This document shows positions 1 through 12,395 of a DNA stretch of 64,000 nucleotides, piece by piece. A program made the position numbers and the translations under genes. The stretch is from Eledone cirrhosa (taxonomy: Eukaryota): contig OZ024744.1 in NCBI GenBank assembly GCA_964016885.1, positions 41,292,001 through 41,356,000 on the forward strand. Direction: 5' to 3'. The notes beneath the pieces are model-generated. The model saw nothing but the letters and a program-made list of their open reading frames with translations. It ran no database searches and was not told where the DNA came from. Each line of letters opens with the position of its first letter. Positions within the stretch are counted from its first letter, which is position 1.

Positions 1-794
1 GGTAACAGGATCCGGTGGTGAAGAGAGAGATGTAAAGGAATGTAGAATAAGATATATAGTGTGTAGAAGAACGTAGGAAAGAGCGTAAAAAATAATAACA
101 CGAGATAGAGTTACCTTGGGAGAGATTTAATTGTCCCTATATTTCGGATTCACATCCATCAACTGGGGGGGGGGTTCCGGGGGGGGGAGGTTAACAGTCG
201 GTTATCTGTTCGTTGTTTTGAATATCTGAGGTATTCAGCAGAGCGCGCGCGCGAGTGAAATGGGGTCAGTCAATCAAAAGGTTGGCGGCCGAAATAGTTC
301 TTTTAATTGTGGGAGTGGAATGGCGTTAGCTGTCAGTCCATTGTATTATCTACCCGTTCTGGTTTCTGTATTAGCAATGTTGAATAGTGTATTCGTGTGG
401 TGGTAGTATTCCCTGCCTGTTTGGTGAATGCTACTGTGTGTGTGTGTGTGTGTTGTTGTCTTGCTTGTGTGTATGTGTGCGTGTGTTGTTGCCTCGTTTG
501 TCTGTATTAGCAGTGTAGTATATTCGTATGGTGGAATGCTACTGTGCGTGTGTGCGTGTGTGTTGTTGTCTCGCTTGTGTGTGTGTGCGTGTGTTGTTGC
601 CTCGTTTGTTTAAACCAACCACCTCGTCTCGCTTCTCTTGGATCGGTTATTTATATGTGGTCCTAGGCGTTTTATTCAAAGTGCTTCGTTGATTCGTAAT
701 GTGCCGACGTTTCGTTCCGTCGCTAGCACTGTGACAATGGGCCTTCCGTCTTTGTTTCCGCATTTGGTTATGTGTTTCCGGAAAGACGAGATAT

Positions 795-1868
795 ATCATC
801 ATCATTGTTTAAAATCTGTGTGTGCTGGGTCCTTTTTACCATATCTCCTACACAACTACATTACAATGTGGACTGGGTGCTTTTTGTCAGGACACCTACA
901 CGACCTCTTTACAGTGTAGGTTACTATGGGTAGAAGTGGCAAGAAAGTGTAGGGGTGTGGGGTGTAAATTAAGAGGTGCCAACTAACTATAGCTTTAAGT
1001 TCATGTGCAAGGCAAGGCCGGTCTTCTGTATTACTGCATAGCGCCAAAGATCTTGATCCTTTGACATTGTCTTAGAGAAGTGCAAGTGTGCAAGGTCAGC
1101 TTCTATCACCTCCTCCAAGTTCTTTCTGGGTCTACCTATTCCATAGCTTCCATCAGTTTGATCGCCCTGCACTTTTTTATATAGCTGTTGTCCTTCATAC
1201 ACATCACATGACCATACCAATGCAATCTCATCTAGTAAACTGCATCTGATCTCTTTTATGCCTAATTTCTCACTTAGTTTGTTTACGCTTTGTTGTTCAT
1301 GTATATTACTATTACACATCTATCGGAGCATGCATGCTTCATTCCATTCCAATCTGCGCAGGTCCTCTGCACACAATGCCTCGGTCTCACTACCATGTAT
1401 CATTGCTGTTCATATACAAGCATCATACAATCTGCCTTTAAAATTTTAGAGGGAAACCTTTTGTGGCCAACAGCAGCATTAGCTCTCTGAATTTTTTCCA
1501 TCCCATTCTTACTATGGCTTCTGTACTTTCAGAACACCCTCATACACTGCTGATTTTGTCACCCAGGTAACGGAAAGTGTCCATTATTTCTATAGAACTA
1601 TCTGGGCAGTTGAAGGAGCTAGTACCCAGTGGGCACTTGATACTCACTGTACCTGAGCATAGGTCACATATAAAATCTACATTCTTTGATAACTTGCCTG
1701 TGATCCCACTACATCTTTTATGTACCCATAGTTTGCATTTGGGACATTTGGGACAAATTAAATTTAAGGTGTTTTGATTCTAGGCCATGCTTCCATGTTT
1801 GGAATTTGTTCTCTAGTTCTGCCATAGATTCAGCTATGAGAGTTAGATCATCTTCATATAGAAGTTCA
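795..1868 (-). mobile_element. Older RTE LINE 3' fragment
   Basis: [18 protein letters not shown] at ~1810-1868, then homology to the 12991-13650 ORF (ORF 987-1319, GRPRK..E.I.ADL); (GAT)n tail. Confidence 0.8.
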
Positions 1869-1928
1869 TATATATATATAAATATAGATGTATATATTTA
1901 TATATGTATATATATATGAACTTCTATA

Positions 1929-2022
<94 letters not shown>

Positions 2023-2027
<5 letters not shown>

Positions 2028-2332
2028 ATAATAATAAATTTGAAGTCTAAAATCCAAAGAGGGCTCGATAAGGATAAATATATATCAAATATACAAGAAC
2101 CGTAGAGCAAATATTTATTAAAACATAACACTTCTGAAACAGAAGATCCCATTAAGGGTGAAATAACAGATTAAAGTTTAAGCAAAGAATCGCTGCTTTC
2201 ACCCTTTGCTTAAACTTTAATCTGTTATTTTAATAAATATTTGCTCTACGGTTCTTATATATTTGATATATATTTATCCTTATCGAGCCCTCTTTTGATT
2301 TTAGTCTTCAAAGTCTTCAAATTTATTATTAT

Positions 2333-2337
<5 letters not shown>
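2023..2337. repeat. Nested inverted repeat between two (TA)n tracts
   Basis: Outer arms ~2023-2123 / ~2228-2337; inner hairpin aaataacagattaaagtttaagcaaa / tttgcttaaactttaatctgttattt. Confidence 0.92.
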
Positions 2338-2365
<28 letters not shown>

Positions 2366-2367
<2 letters not shown>

Positions 2368-5022
2368 TGAGTATGCAGGTTAGAGCACTCAACGAAGTGC
2401 GCAGTTAGGTCTGCTTACTCTGGAGTAATTTAAAAACAAGAAATGTAAGTAAACAGGTTAAAATTAACTTTGTTCATTCATATTCGCTGCAATATGTATT
2501 TTGTTGATAACCATTATTCAACAGCTATGACCTCACCAGGCAGCTAGAACTTGAATAGAAAAAAACACGAAAACAATGGTGGAACAAAGTTTATCTCTTT
2601 AATTCATTGATATGCCCAGATCTGAAGTGTGGCGTTGTTTTCTCGAAGAACTTATGGCGTATGAATTAGAATAAACGAATTCAATAATCGGAAGAATTAC
2701 CTTCCCTTCATTGGTCAGATACTATCTTAATACTCCAGTACCAAGTCTATTGAATTTCTTAGATCAGTTGTACTTGAAACAGGTCAGTCTGCTAGTGTTG
2801 GTTTTAACAACCAGATATAATAACTGTATATACCTAGAAAAAAGGGGTGTTCTGGTTTAGTTGACCTATTCGACTATAGTGGCAGTGGTGTAAACAGGTC
2901 AACTACTACCACTCATTTGCGGTAGTATTGTAGTAGCTAGTGAATAATTCATGTATGTAACCTGATATGTGTTCATATGGGAGTGCAGATGCTTATCCAT
3001 ATCAATAGTCCTGATAGTAAGAGATGTTAGAATTATAACTGTAAGTTTAAAACTTATAAGCATTAACATTTATAAGTGTTAAAAATTATAATATTGTAAA
3101 CATTTAGTACACACCCACAAACACACATCTACGTACTGCCACACGTACACTCTAATACATACATACACGCGCACACACATATATCTATACATAAACATAT
3201 CTATGTACACATATATCCACATACACACACAGGCACATACACACACATACGTTTATACGTACACACATACACAGACACATATGTACCCTTTAGAGGGGCG
3301 GAAAAGAAATAATAGGTACTCTTATTTACTTATCACAGTTACTACTAACTTTTATGTGTAAAAGGGATTAGGTTTGAGGTATCTTGTCCTTTGGAAAACC
3401 AGATTACAGACCACGGATGAATGGTGAAGCCTGTGATCAGAAATGTGGGGTGCATGGAGATACCCAGGGTAGGACTCTGCCAATGTATATTATCTTGCTA
3501 ATTAGCTAATGGCTGTTACTTGGGTTATCACTAAGGAAGTGAGAAAGAAGGGTGAACCATTGTGATGTGAGGCATGCGCCTAACTGCAAAGTTAGTGTGG
3601 CTCTGGGGTGTTTTAAATGCTAGTCGAGACAAGATGAGAGGAGAGGAGACAGGTAAATACAGTGGGCAAGGTTGGTGTCTCTGGGACTCAGTGTGGTGGG
3701 GTTTCTATCCATATAGCTTGAGGTAAGTCCCCGTCCTTAGGTGTCGACATGCACCAAAGAAATTTGCCCTGCAATTGATTAATTCTATTCCACCACTGAG
3801 TATCTCAAGTGTCTCACTCAGACACAGGCTGTAAATATCAGATACACCTCCGTCTGGAAGTACCTCCTTAACCTTGGACCAAACCAAAGAGTACGGGGTC
3901 TTGTCCAGCTTGAGCATCTACATCTGTTCGAAAAGGCCATACTTTTCCTTTTGTTGATCCCATTAAAGGAATGGTGATGATTATACCATCTGTCCTTAAA
4001 GCTCGTAGATGTGCTCCTATGTAAATATGCCCCAAGTTGGGGGTTGTAACCCCGTATCAGTAGACTAGGTTCTTCGCCAGGCATTCATTTCCATGGGGGC
4101 ATAAGATGGGTTTTTTGCAGTTGCATGAAGTGGTCAACTCCTGAATGCTTACTGTGGGGTGCCCATTGGGTAGGTTGGGGTGGTCCATCCCTGTGACTTC
4201 CACAGGGTCCCTGAGTCAGTTGGTGTTATTTGGATCAGTCCTGGATCCACCATTTACCCTGTCATGGCTCTGCTGGGTGTCTATACGATCAGCTGTAGTC
4301 TGTCTAAAAGTTCTAGGTCTATTTCTATTGATACTAGCTATGTGCTGGGTTATGCTGCGGGTAAAGAATGTACCCTAAAGAATGAGTGGGCTTAGCTGGT
4401 CTGCAGACCCATGGAATATGGTAGATTATACCATGTTATTTTTCTAAGGCTAGGCCATTGAGGATTTGTTGGGGTCCCATGGCCTCCAGCACTGCTGCTG
4501 CCCCGTTGTCCGTTATGGTTTCTGCTAACTGTTATGTCCCTTCCAATGGGGTGATGCCGGCTCGCACCGGTGTTTCAACGTTGAAGTATCCATCACCTAT
4601 CCCGGTCAGTGTTATGTGGTTGAGTACGCTGGTGCCGGAGTGGTTTGCATCACCGCTAGACCCACCCTGTGTATTGCGTTTATTCGCATGTCAAGGGGTA
4701 TGGTGCTAGGTTCCAGGGGTTTAGATGCAGTAGCTTCAACCCTTCCTGTATTACATGGTTTGCCCCACACTCGAATTCGTTTATTCTAATTCATACGCCA
4801 CAAGTTCTTCAAGTAAACAACACCACACTTCGGAACTGGGCATATCAATGAATTAACGAGGTAAACTTTGTTCCATCATTATGTTTTCCTGTTTTTTCTG
4901 TTCAAGTTCTAGCTGCCTGATGAGGTCATAGCTGTTGAATAATGGTTATCATCGAAATATATATTGCAGCAAATATGAATGAACGAAGTTAATTTTAAAC
5001 TGTTGCCTTACACTTCTTATTT
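2366..5022 (-). mobile_element. Degenerate Penelope-like element (second family) with ~250-bp inverted pLTR copies
   Basis: Broken minus-strand frames give RKITWYNLPYS (~4410-4445, WFNPPYS-like), YIGSTSTSFKDRWYNHHHSF (GIY-YIG, ~3965-4025) and YSLCLSETLEIL..LINCRA..CRH. Inverted repeat ~2437-2682 vs ~4773-5022 carries a hammerhead motif. Confidence 0.8.
4912..4970 (+). ncRNA. Minimal type-I hammerhead ribozyme (PLE pLTR)
   Basis: GCUGC-CUGAUGA-[gguc auagcuguu gaau aaugguuau cauc]-GAAA-UAUAUA-UU-GCAGC. Stem I is gcugc/gcagc; predicted AUU cleavage triplet. Confidence 0.8.
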
Positions 5023-5130
5023 ATATATATGCATATATATATATATGAATGGACCTGATACTTTTATCTAAAAACATTTTTTCCAAATCCAACCCGCCTG
5101 TTCCCTCAATCTATCTTATTTTTCATTCTT

Positions 5131-5166
5131 TCTTCTGATGAAGGACTAGCATCCGAAACCTTAAGA
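5131..5166 (+). ncRNA. Very short PLE-type hammerhead motif, probably degenerate
   Basis: UCUU-CUGAUGA-A-GGAcuagcaUCC-GAAAC-CUU-AAGA. The surrounding ~120-bp repeat recurs inverted at ~62415-62535 (core mutated to caaaac), and a CUGAUGAAGGACUA fragment occurs at 6432. Confidence 0.55.
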
Positions 5167-5270
5167 CCCTCTTCCTGCTATTTCAAGCGTTAACCTAATA
5201 CATTCCTTCCATATACTGTACTGATTGTGTTGTTATTTCTGTTTACCGTTGACATATATATATATATATA

Positions 5271-6198
5271 CAGGGTGTGGACGATATTTGTTCACAATTT
5301 TCAACTGCTAATTTTATGCAAATTTTTTTTACTTCCTTTGTCACTCTTGTCTTCATAAAAACAGTGACGATATTTCCATTATTTATTTTTAGAATAATTG
5401 ATTATGAATAATTTTGAACCTCCAAATTTGTGGAAGAGACACAGAGTTCTTCTTGGAATCCGCGGCGGGGGGACAAATAAGGAAATTTCAGACTTTGTTG
5501 GCGTCAGTAGCGGAATGGTGGAAAAGGTCAGAAAAGAATTGGAAGATTCAGGATTCGACTACGAAGCAACATCAGAAAGGAAAACTCATGATCGACGATC
5601 TGACGCCTTCAGAACGCCCGAGTTCATCACTGAAGTTCAGGATATAATCAACAATGAAACTAGCAAGTTGATGCGTGCCATTGCAAGGGAGAAAGGCGTG
5701 GATGAAAAGCTTATTAGGCTGGTGGTACATGAAGACATTCGCTATGTTTCATACAAGATGAGGAAAGGACAATTTCTGTCAAAGGCGATGTAAGAAAAGC
5801 GACTGAAGCATGCAAAGAAGCTGATCAACAAGTTGAAACACCCACTGGAGCCAGCCAAGACCAGAAGATCAACTCCCAGAACAACAGGTGGCTCGCTGTC
5901 TCATCCAAAGACGTGCCCAGAGTCATGCAGACAAAGTTTCCAGCGACAACATTGGTCTTAGGTGTCGTCAGCAGTCAAGGTGACGTCATGCCACCTCCCT
6001 TCTTCCCTGAGGGCCTCAAGCTGAACACCGATGGCTATATCCGCGTTCAAAGCCAATGGCGGGTTTTTCGAGTGAGATCGAAAGAACAAGTCACGAAGAC
6101 AAATTGACCCAAGTTTGATAAATAAATCTTAAAAAATAAAACTACTGAGTTATTTTTTCCTAGACAGTAATTTGCGAACAAATATCGTTCGCACCTTT
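5271..6198 (+). mobile_element. Internally deleted Tc1/mariner (maT/DD37D-like) DNA transposon
   Basis: Left TIR cagggtgtggacgatatttgttcacaa after TA; right TIR ttgcgaacaaatatcgttcgcacc before TA. HTH-like N-terminal ORF 5398-5793, then QDQKINSQNNRWLA..KFPATTLVLGVVSSQGDVMPP.FFPEGLKLNTDGY joined directly to the C-terminal ANGGFFE*. The segments carrying the catalytic Asp residues are deleted. Confidence 0.85.
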
Positions 6199-6447
6199 TA
6201 TATAGTAATATATATTTTCTCTCTCGTTCACGATTTCACCGAATTTAAATTCATAGAAATTTGGGACTTGACTCCTTCTTCCTCACTTTTCGTTACTTCA
6301 CCATTTTTGTTTGTTTACACTCGTGTCCCCTTTATTTACGTGTCCCAACGACTTTTTTTAGTCGTTGCTCGCACCAACCGGAGGTATATGGTCTTTAAAG
6401 CGATGAAATACCAATGATGGTTGGAAGATCACTGATGAAGGACTAAC

Positions 6448-6514
<67 letters not shown>

Positions 6515-6604
6515 ATATATATATATAGTAATATATATATATATGATGATGATGATGATATATATATATATCATCATCATCATCATCATATATATATATA
6601 TATA

Positions 6605-6892
6605 TCCATACATATCCAAAAAGTCAGCTCAAAAGTGACACAGAGGAGACTGAGGTTGGCTGGACATGCTCACCAATATCCAGAGTTGACATTGCACTCA
6701 GTTCTCCTTTGGGAGCCCCTACATGGACACACTAGAAGAAGAAGACCAAGGTTAACATATGTTGATGCCCTAAGGACAGACACTGGTCTGTTGGAGATGC
6801 AGGATATGGCAGCGATAATGAGGCACAGAGACCGCTGGAGAGAACTCGTCCATGGATCTCGGGAATTTTACCCGCCTTAGATAGATAGATAC
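6605..6892 (+). mobile_element. Non-LTR (RTE-like) C-terminal fragment with (TAGA)n tail
   Basis: RRLRLAGH...LLWEP.HG..RRRRPRLTYVD.L..DTG...DR.RW, followed by tagatagataga. Confidence 0.7.
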
Positions 6893-7088
6893 ATATAAGT
6901 CAGGAATGTTCCCAAGAATATATGACATGAAAAGGAATTAGTATTTGATTTGACTTATTGAACCTATTATAACCTCAATTACAAATGAGTATTATATTAT
7001 TAATGGTGTATGTAAAATGAAGGTGTGGTTTATCTTTTGGTGTAATTCATACACAAATATACTTGTTATGTATTTTTTGTTTAATGGT

Positions 7089-7350
7089 ATCATCATCATC
7101 ATCATCATCATCGTTTAACATCCATGTTCCACGCTTGCATGGGTTTGACGGGAGTTTTCCCACTTGAGGCAAGAGTGGTTGTCATTGCTCGCATAGGACT
7201 GTCTGACGGGTTTTCTACAGCTGGATGCCCTTCCTAACACCAACCACATTTACAGTGTGGGGCTGGGAGGTTTTTACCGTGTTGCCTACACGGCCACATT
7301 ACAGCGTGGACTGTGTTTTTTTGTCGTGACACCTACACGATCTCATTTGT
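7089..7350 (-). mobile_element. RTE-type 3' UTR fragment / RTE-tailed short element
   Basis: (GAT)n tail and the shared ctacagctggatgcccttcctaacaccaacc motif. Related fragments at 11267-11530, 28420-28590 and 57728-57858. Confidence 0.65.
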
Positions 7351-7843
7351 TTCGGCCTGGATGTTGTGGCACCAACATAACTTTACATTGAAAGGGGCGG
7401 TGTGGATTAACAAAAATACAAGATTTGTTTTGGAAAATACGACAGAGAAGGTAAGGTTTAAATAAATAAGATCCATCGTATTTGGGCATAATTCAACAAG
7501 CATTAACAAAAATACAAGATTTGTTTTGGAAAATACGACAGAGTAGCGAGTAGCGAGGCAAAGATTGGATTCGGGGAAAAGAAAATGATAATGATAGAGA
7601 ATTGTCGGATGGGTGGACTAAGGAATTGAAATGGAGTGGAGAATTGGAAGAAAAATTTGTACATTACATTATACCGTGAAAGCAGCCATGAATTTGGCGA
7701 ATGTGATTACTTTTAGGGTTTATCTTATATATATAGATAGAGAGAGAGATGGGGGGGGGGGGGGGCGAACCAGCATGATGTAGAATATATATATATATAC
7801 CAAGATATTAAATAAATGGAAACTATATTTATAAAACCATAAT

Positions 7844-7908
7844 TATTTTATTATATATATTTCAAGGGCAACCAAGGCAACCTTGGTGCGCTTTCATCAG
7901 ATAAAATA
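7844..7908 (-). ncRNA. Minimal type-I hammerhead ribozyme (mirror copy of 8079-8143)
   Basis: Reverse complement of the 8079-8143 motif, in the left arm of the 7801-8186 inverted repeat. Confidence 0.82.
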
Positions 7909-8078
7909 CAAAGTGTGTTTTATAAATAAAGACATATACATGATAATCAAACCTTATCGATCGGAAATTCACTGGGTTATTCCTGAATAACTCTTAATAT
8001 GTTTCCACTATCCAGTGAATTTCCGACCGATAAGGTTTGATTATCATGGATATGTCTTTATTTATAAAACACACTTTG

Positions 8079-8143
8079 TATTTTATCTGATGAAAGCGCA
8101 CCAAGGTTGCCTTGGTTGCCCTTGAAATATATATAATAAAATA
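8079..8143 (+). ncRNA. Minimal type-I hammerhead ribozyme
   Basis: UAUUUUAU-CUGAUGA-[aagcgcaccaagg uug ccuugguugcccuu]-GAAA-UAUAUA-UA-AUAAAAUA. 8-bp stem I, long stem II, AUA triplet. Confidence 0.85.
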
Positions 8144-8275
8144 AATATGGTTTTATAAATATAGTTTCCATTTATTTAATATCTTGAAATATTTACTCCA
8201 CTAACTTGTTGAGTGCTCTAGATCAGTTATAAGCATTTATGTTTGTCGGAATTCCAACAAATTAAATACAAATTC

Positions 8276-8457
<182 letters not shown>

Positions 8458-9011
8458 AACCTTGGTACTGCAGCCCTCAATGCAGAGGACAGACTGACAA
8501 GCAAGTACCAGGGCTTGTCTGGCTGATTTTTCTTCACATCAGTCGTAGTTGAGCTCTCAGGCATCCTCAGATCCTGCACTGTCAAGCTACTCCACAAAAT
8601 CTGAATGTTAGTAGCCAGTCTGAAAAAGGAGCCCTAAAATGTGGGGTGTCTGATGCAGTGGGTGTCAATGGCCATTGTCCACGGAAATGCCATAAGAGTT
8701 TTGTCCACAGGGCACAGCCCCCAAACCACCTCGCCCTAGTTATAGACCCCATCATGCTCTCCTCTTCTCCCCTCCCTTCTTCTGTGTCTCAAGAATCCTC
8801 GCTTTTTCTCTCATTTTCCTCTCATCTATGACATTTATAGTCCTTTCCTCAACTTTCCCATACAGCCAGATCTGCCCTTCCTTACCCCTTCCCCCTTTTC
8901 TCATTAGTTAATTTTGTTTTTATCTTTCTTTTTCATATTTCCATCATGGTATAACTTCTCTTTTATTTGTAATCTTATTTATATAACAATATATATATAT
9001 ATATACACACA

Positions 9012-9110
9012 CAGGATGCCCCCCAAATGTACACATACTTCAACAGATTTCTAATAAATGTTGACTGTACAAGTAATCAAAGTGTGTATACATTTTGGGG
9101 GGACACTCTG
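9012..9110. mobile_element. Tc1/mariner-type MITE
   Basis: Imperfect ~28-bp TIRs caggatgccccccaaatgtacacatactt / aagtgtgtatacattttggggggacactctg, followed by TA. Confidence 0.6.
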
Positions 9111-9442
9111 TAAATATATCTATAGACATTTTTTTTTGCTGAAACAACAATATGACTGCAATGTTTACAAGCTCATCTCATAATTCATGAGGAAAGCAAG
9201 AAATAGTAAAAATTACTCAAGTGACATAGCATGTTCTGATAAGATAAACATTTTCAATTGCATGCTGCAATTAAACTGTTAACATGTTTCTGTTCCTTAA
9301 TTGGTATTTTTTTTATCAATTTAATTTTTTAAATTTAAAATACTGAAGTTTGTATTTTTATAGCAGATAGAAAATTAATTTTGCAAGTACAAATATATTC
9401 TTTTTAAATAAGCAAGAATGTAGTAGTTGATTTTAAAATAAT

Positions 9443-9627
9443 TGTTTCTACTTTTGGCACAAGGCCAGCAATTATCCCAGTGTATTACTGGTACTTTATT
9501 TTATCGACCCCGTAAGGATGAAAGGCAAAGCTAACCTCGGCAGGATTTGAACTCACAATGGCAAGGGCCGTAACTCTATGCATCAAAGCATGGCGTCCGA
9601 CCCTCTACCGATACTGCCAATCCACCA
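9443..9627 (-). mobile_element. tRNA-derived SINE with Deu/Nin-like core
   Basis: A box tggcagtatcgg, B box gagttcaaatcc, core gcctttcatccttacggggtcgataaaataaagtacc; target-site duplication agttgattttaaaataat on both sides. Confidence 0.88.
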
Positions 9628-9651
9628 AGTTGATTTTAAAATAATGATTTA

Positions 9652-9722
9652 TTTTTGTAAATAGTCCTGATAATTTTTGTAAATAGTCCTGATGATTTTT
9701 GTAAATAGTCCTGATGATTTTT
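9652..9722. repeat. 22-bp tandem repeat x3
   Basis: tttttgtaaatagtcctgat(a/g)a repeated. Confidence 0.85.
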
Positions 9723-10108
9723 AAAATATCAACATTGTTTCAGTCTTAATTATTGTATGGCAAATAATTATTTGCCATACAATAATTTAGATAAGATAAA
9801 TATTGGCTTAAAAGAAAACAGTGAATGCCTCTGGATAATGTTTTGAAATTTGCATTTTCTATGCAATACTAGTTTGAAGACATAATTTAAGTAGACTGCA
9901 ATATATTTGGAACCAAGTCTAACCATATCTGATTCTGAAATCTAAATAATTAACTGTAATAGTGTAGGAATTATACAAATTAAAATTTCTATTATCTGAT
10001 TCAACAGCTAAAGCTTACATAAATCTGAAGAAGCTTTCCTAAAAGCTATGCAATTATATCTCAGAAACACCAATTTGACTATTAAAAAAAGAATATCACA
10101 TGCACACG

Positions 10109-10145
<37 letters not shown>

Positions 10146-10170
10146 ACACTCACATACACACACCCACACC

Positions 10171-10206
<36 letters not shown>

Positions 10207-10346
10207 TCCTCATATTTAATTTATATTCTTCTTACATTTGTATGGTGTCAAAACTTTCATTCTATTCCTTGTAACCTGATCACTTGCTGAATTCTATTGT
10301 TTTATTATAAGCTTCATTTTTTATTTTTTATCATTTGTTGACGATT

Positions 10347-10397
<51 letters not shown>

Positions 10398-10399
<2 letters not shown>

Positions 10400-11210
10400 A
10401 TGGATAAGGTGAGAGAGCTACTACTGCTGGTAGCTACAAAAAGTTTTTCCCTGAAAATGAAGGGCAGATTGTATGATGCATGTATATGAGCAGCAATGTT
10501 GCATGGAAGTGAGACCCAGGCACTGTATGAAGAGAACTTATATAGATTGGAGAGAAATGAAGCTGGCATGCTTCGATTGATGTGTAATAGTTATATACCT
10601 GAACAGCAAAGCATAAATGAACTGAAAGAGAAACTAGGCATAAGAGGGATCAGATGCAGTATGCTGGAGAGGAGATTGCATTGTTGTGGACATGTGGTAC
10701 ATATGCATGACAGCTGTGTCAAGGAGCTCAGAGGTAACTATGGAGCAGGAAGACCTAGGAAGACTTGGGCTGAGGTAATAAAAGCTGACATTGCACAATT
10801 GTATCTCTGAAAAGCGATGTTACAGGATTGAGATATTTGGCATTATGCAGTAATACAGGTTGTGCATGGATTCAAGCATACATCTAGTATGCACCATTTC
10901 CCCTTCCTTTCATACCCCACCCCATCACCTGATAAGTCCCCCACCATAGATCTTCCTCTCCAATTCCCAACCCAGGCCCCAGTCCACACTAATATAGTTA
11001 AGTAGGTGTCACAACAATAAGCACCCAGTTCACACAGTAATTGTGGTTGGTGCTATGAAGGGCTTCCTGTCATAGAAATCAAACCAAAATCAATTCTGTA
11101 TGTGCAAGATATGGTTATCTGCTCTGGCCTCTCTCACAATGGAACAACTCATCTAACCCATACTAATGTAGAAAGATGGATGTTAAACAGTCATGATGAT
11201 GATGATGATA
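10398..11210 (+). mobile_element. RTE LINE 3' fragment
   Basis: ORF 10496-10810 MLHGSETQAL..RLERNE..GRPRKTW, ending in a (GAT)n tail. Confidence 0.85.
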
Positions 11211-12395
11211 TATATATATATATAGTAATAATAATAAATGTGAAGACTAAAATCCAAATAGGGCTCGATCATCATCATTGTTTTACGTCCGTTCTGCCAT
11301 GCTAGCATGGGTTAGACGGGTTGTCCTGTTTTTGGCAGTAGCTAGTCGGCTGACCTTGTCTTGCTCATACAGGAACTCATTCTGGCTTGATTTCTACAGC
11401 CGGATGCCCTTCCTAACACCAACCTCATTTACAGTGAGTGCTGGGTGCTTTTTCCGTGTCGCCTACATGTCAACTTTACAGTGAGTGCTGGCTGCTTTTT
11501 TTCCGTGGCGCCTACACGTCCACTTTACTTTGAGCTTACTGTCCAGGGCTAACTCCTACATGGGAGGACACCATCCATGAAACTTATGCTCGGAGGAAAC
11601 AATACAAATGCTGTTTATGAAAGACCAACTCCTAAACAAAAAAGATGAACTTGTAACTGCATGTAAACACCGATTGCATAGGACTTACCTCGCCTTCAAA
11701 CCCCCTCATGACCCGAGTGGGTAGACAATGGCTGCAACATCCTTCTTTTCCCCACTTGCCGAACAAGATAGAGGAAACCATAGGTAGATGTACTTCTTTT
11801 CTTTTTTCCCCTTTATCTCTTCTTCTCACTTCCTTCCACTCCCTCTCCTCTTCCTTTTCCTTTTTTCCTCTTTCGCTTACCCTGAGGCAGCACATCGGGC
11901 TTTTGTAGCCACAGTACCCCCACCCCAGTAAATTATATATAGCATTGGCTGAAAACGCAACACCAGCTAAACATATAGCAGCTGTTTTAGACTAGGTTTT
12001 TTTAAATTTTATAATTTCCCATTTTCAGGCTCCTGTATAATTCTATTTTCGCCTACTTCCTACCTAGCCTAGTTCACCCACACTCCTTAGAATTTGGTGT
12101 ATAGAATTTACTTTTAACGCTTGACCGGCTTGATCCACTCCCTCATTGTTCTACAGACAAGTTCAGTCACCCCGCACCCCCTACCCACCACCATGAAAGA
12201 CAACTGTGTTTACAAAAAACTTCCACCAATCCTTCAGAAACACCTGATTATCGCACGCCCATATATGGAATTACCCCTTGAAAAATTCGGCTATATCATT
12301 ACCATGCTAAAAATTGAAGTTAGTCCCGAAATAGCAGTCGAAACAACTTGAGCTCTGCCGCCAGGGTCCTTAACCTTTTCCTATATATATATATA

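Larger units (their letters stand above)
7801..8186. repeat. Inverted repeat (~175-bp arms) containing hammerheads
   Basis: caagatattaaataaatggaaac... vs ...gtttccatttatttaatatcttg; ~30-nt spacer; a few mismatches. Confidence 0.95.

Noticed and set aside
130-168. Hammerhead-like motif on minus strand (uugaug-gaugugaaucc-gaaauaua); similar weak case at ~44105-44150
   Set aside because: CUGANGA core is corrupted and stems are weak; at best decayed PLE remnants.
7407-7543. ~42-bp direct repeat attaacaaaaatacaagatttgttttggaaaatacgacagag
   Set aside because: Only two copies; a simple local duplication with no further structure.
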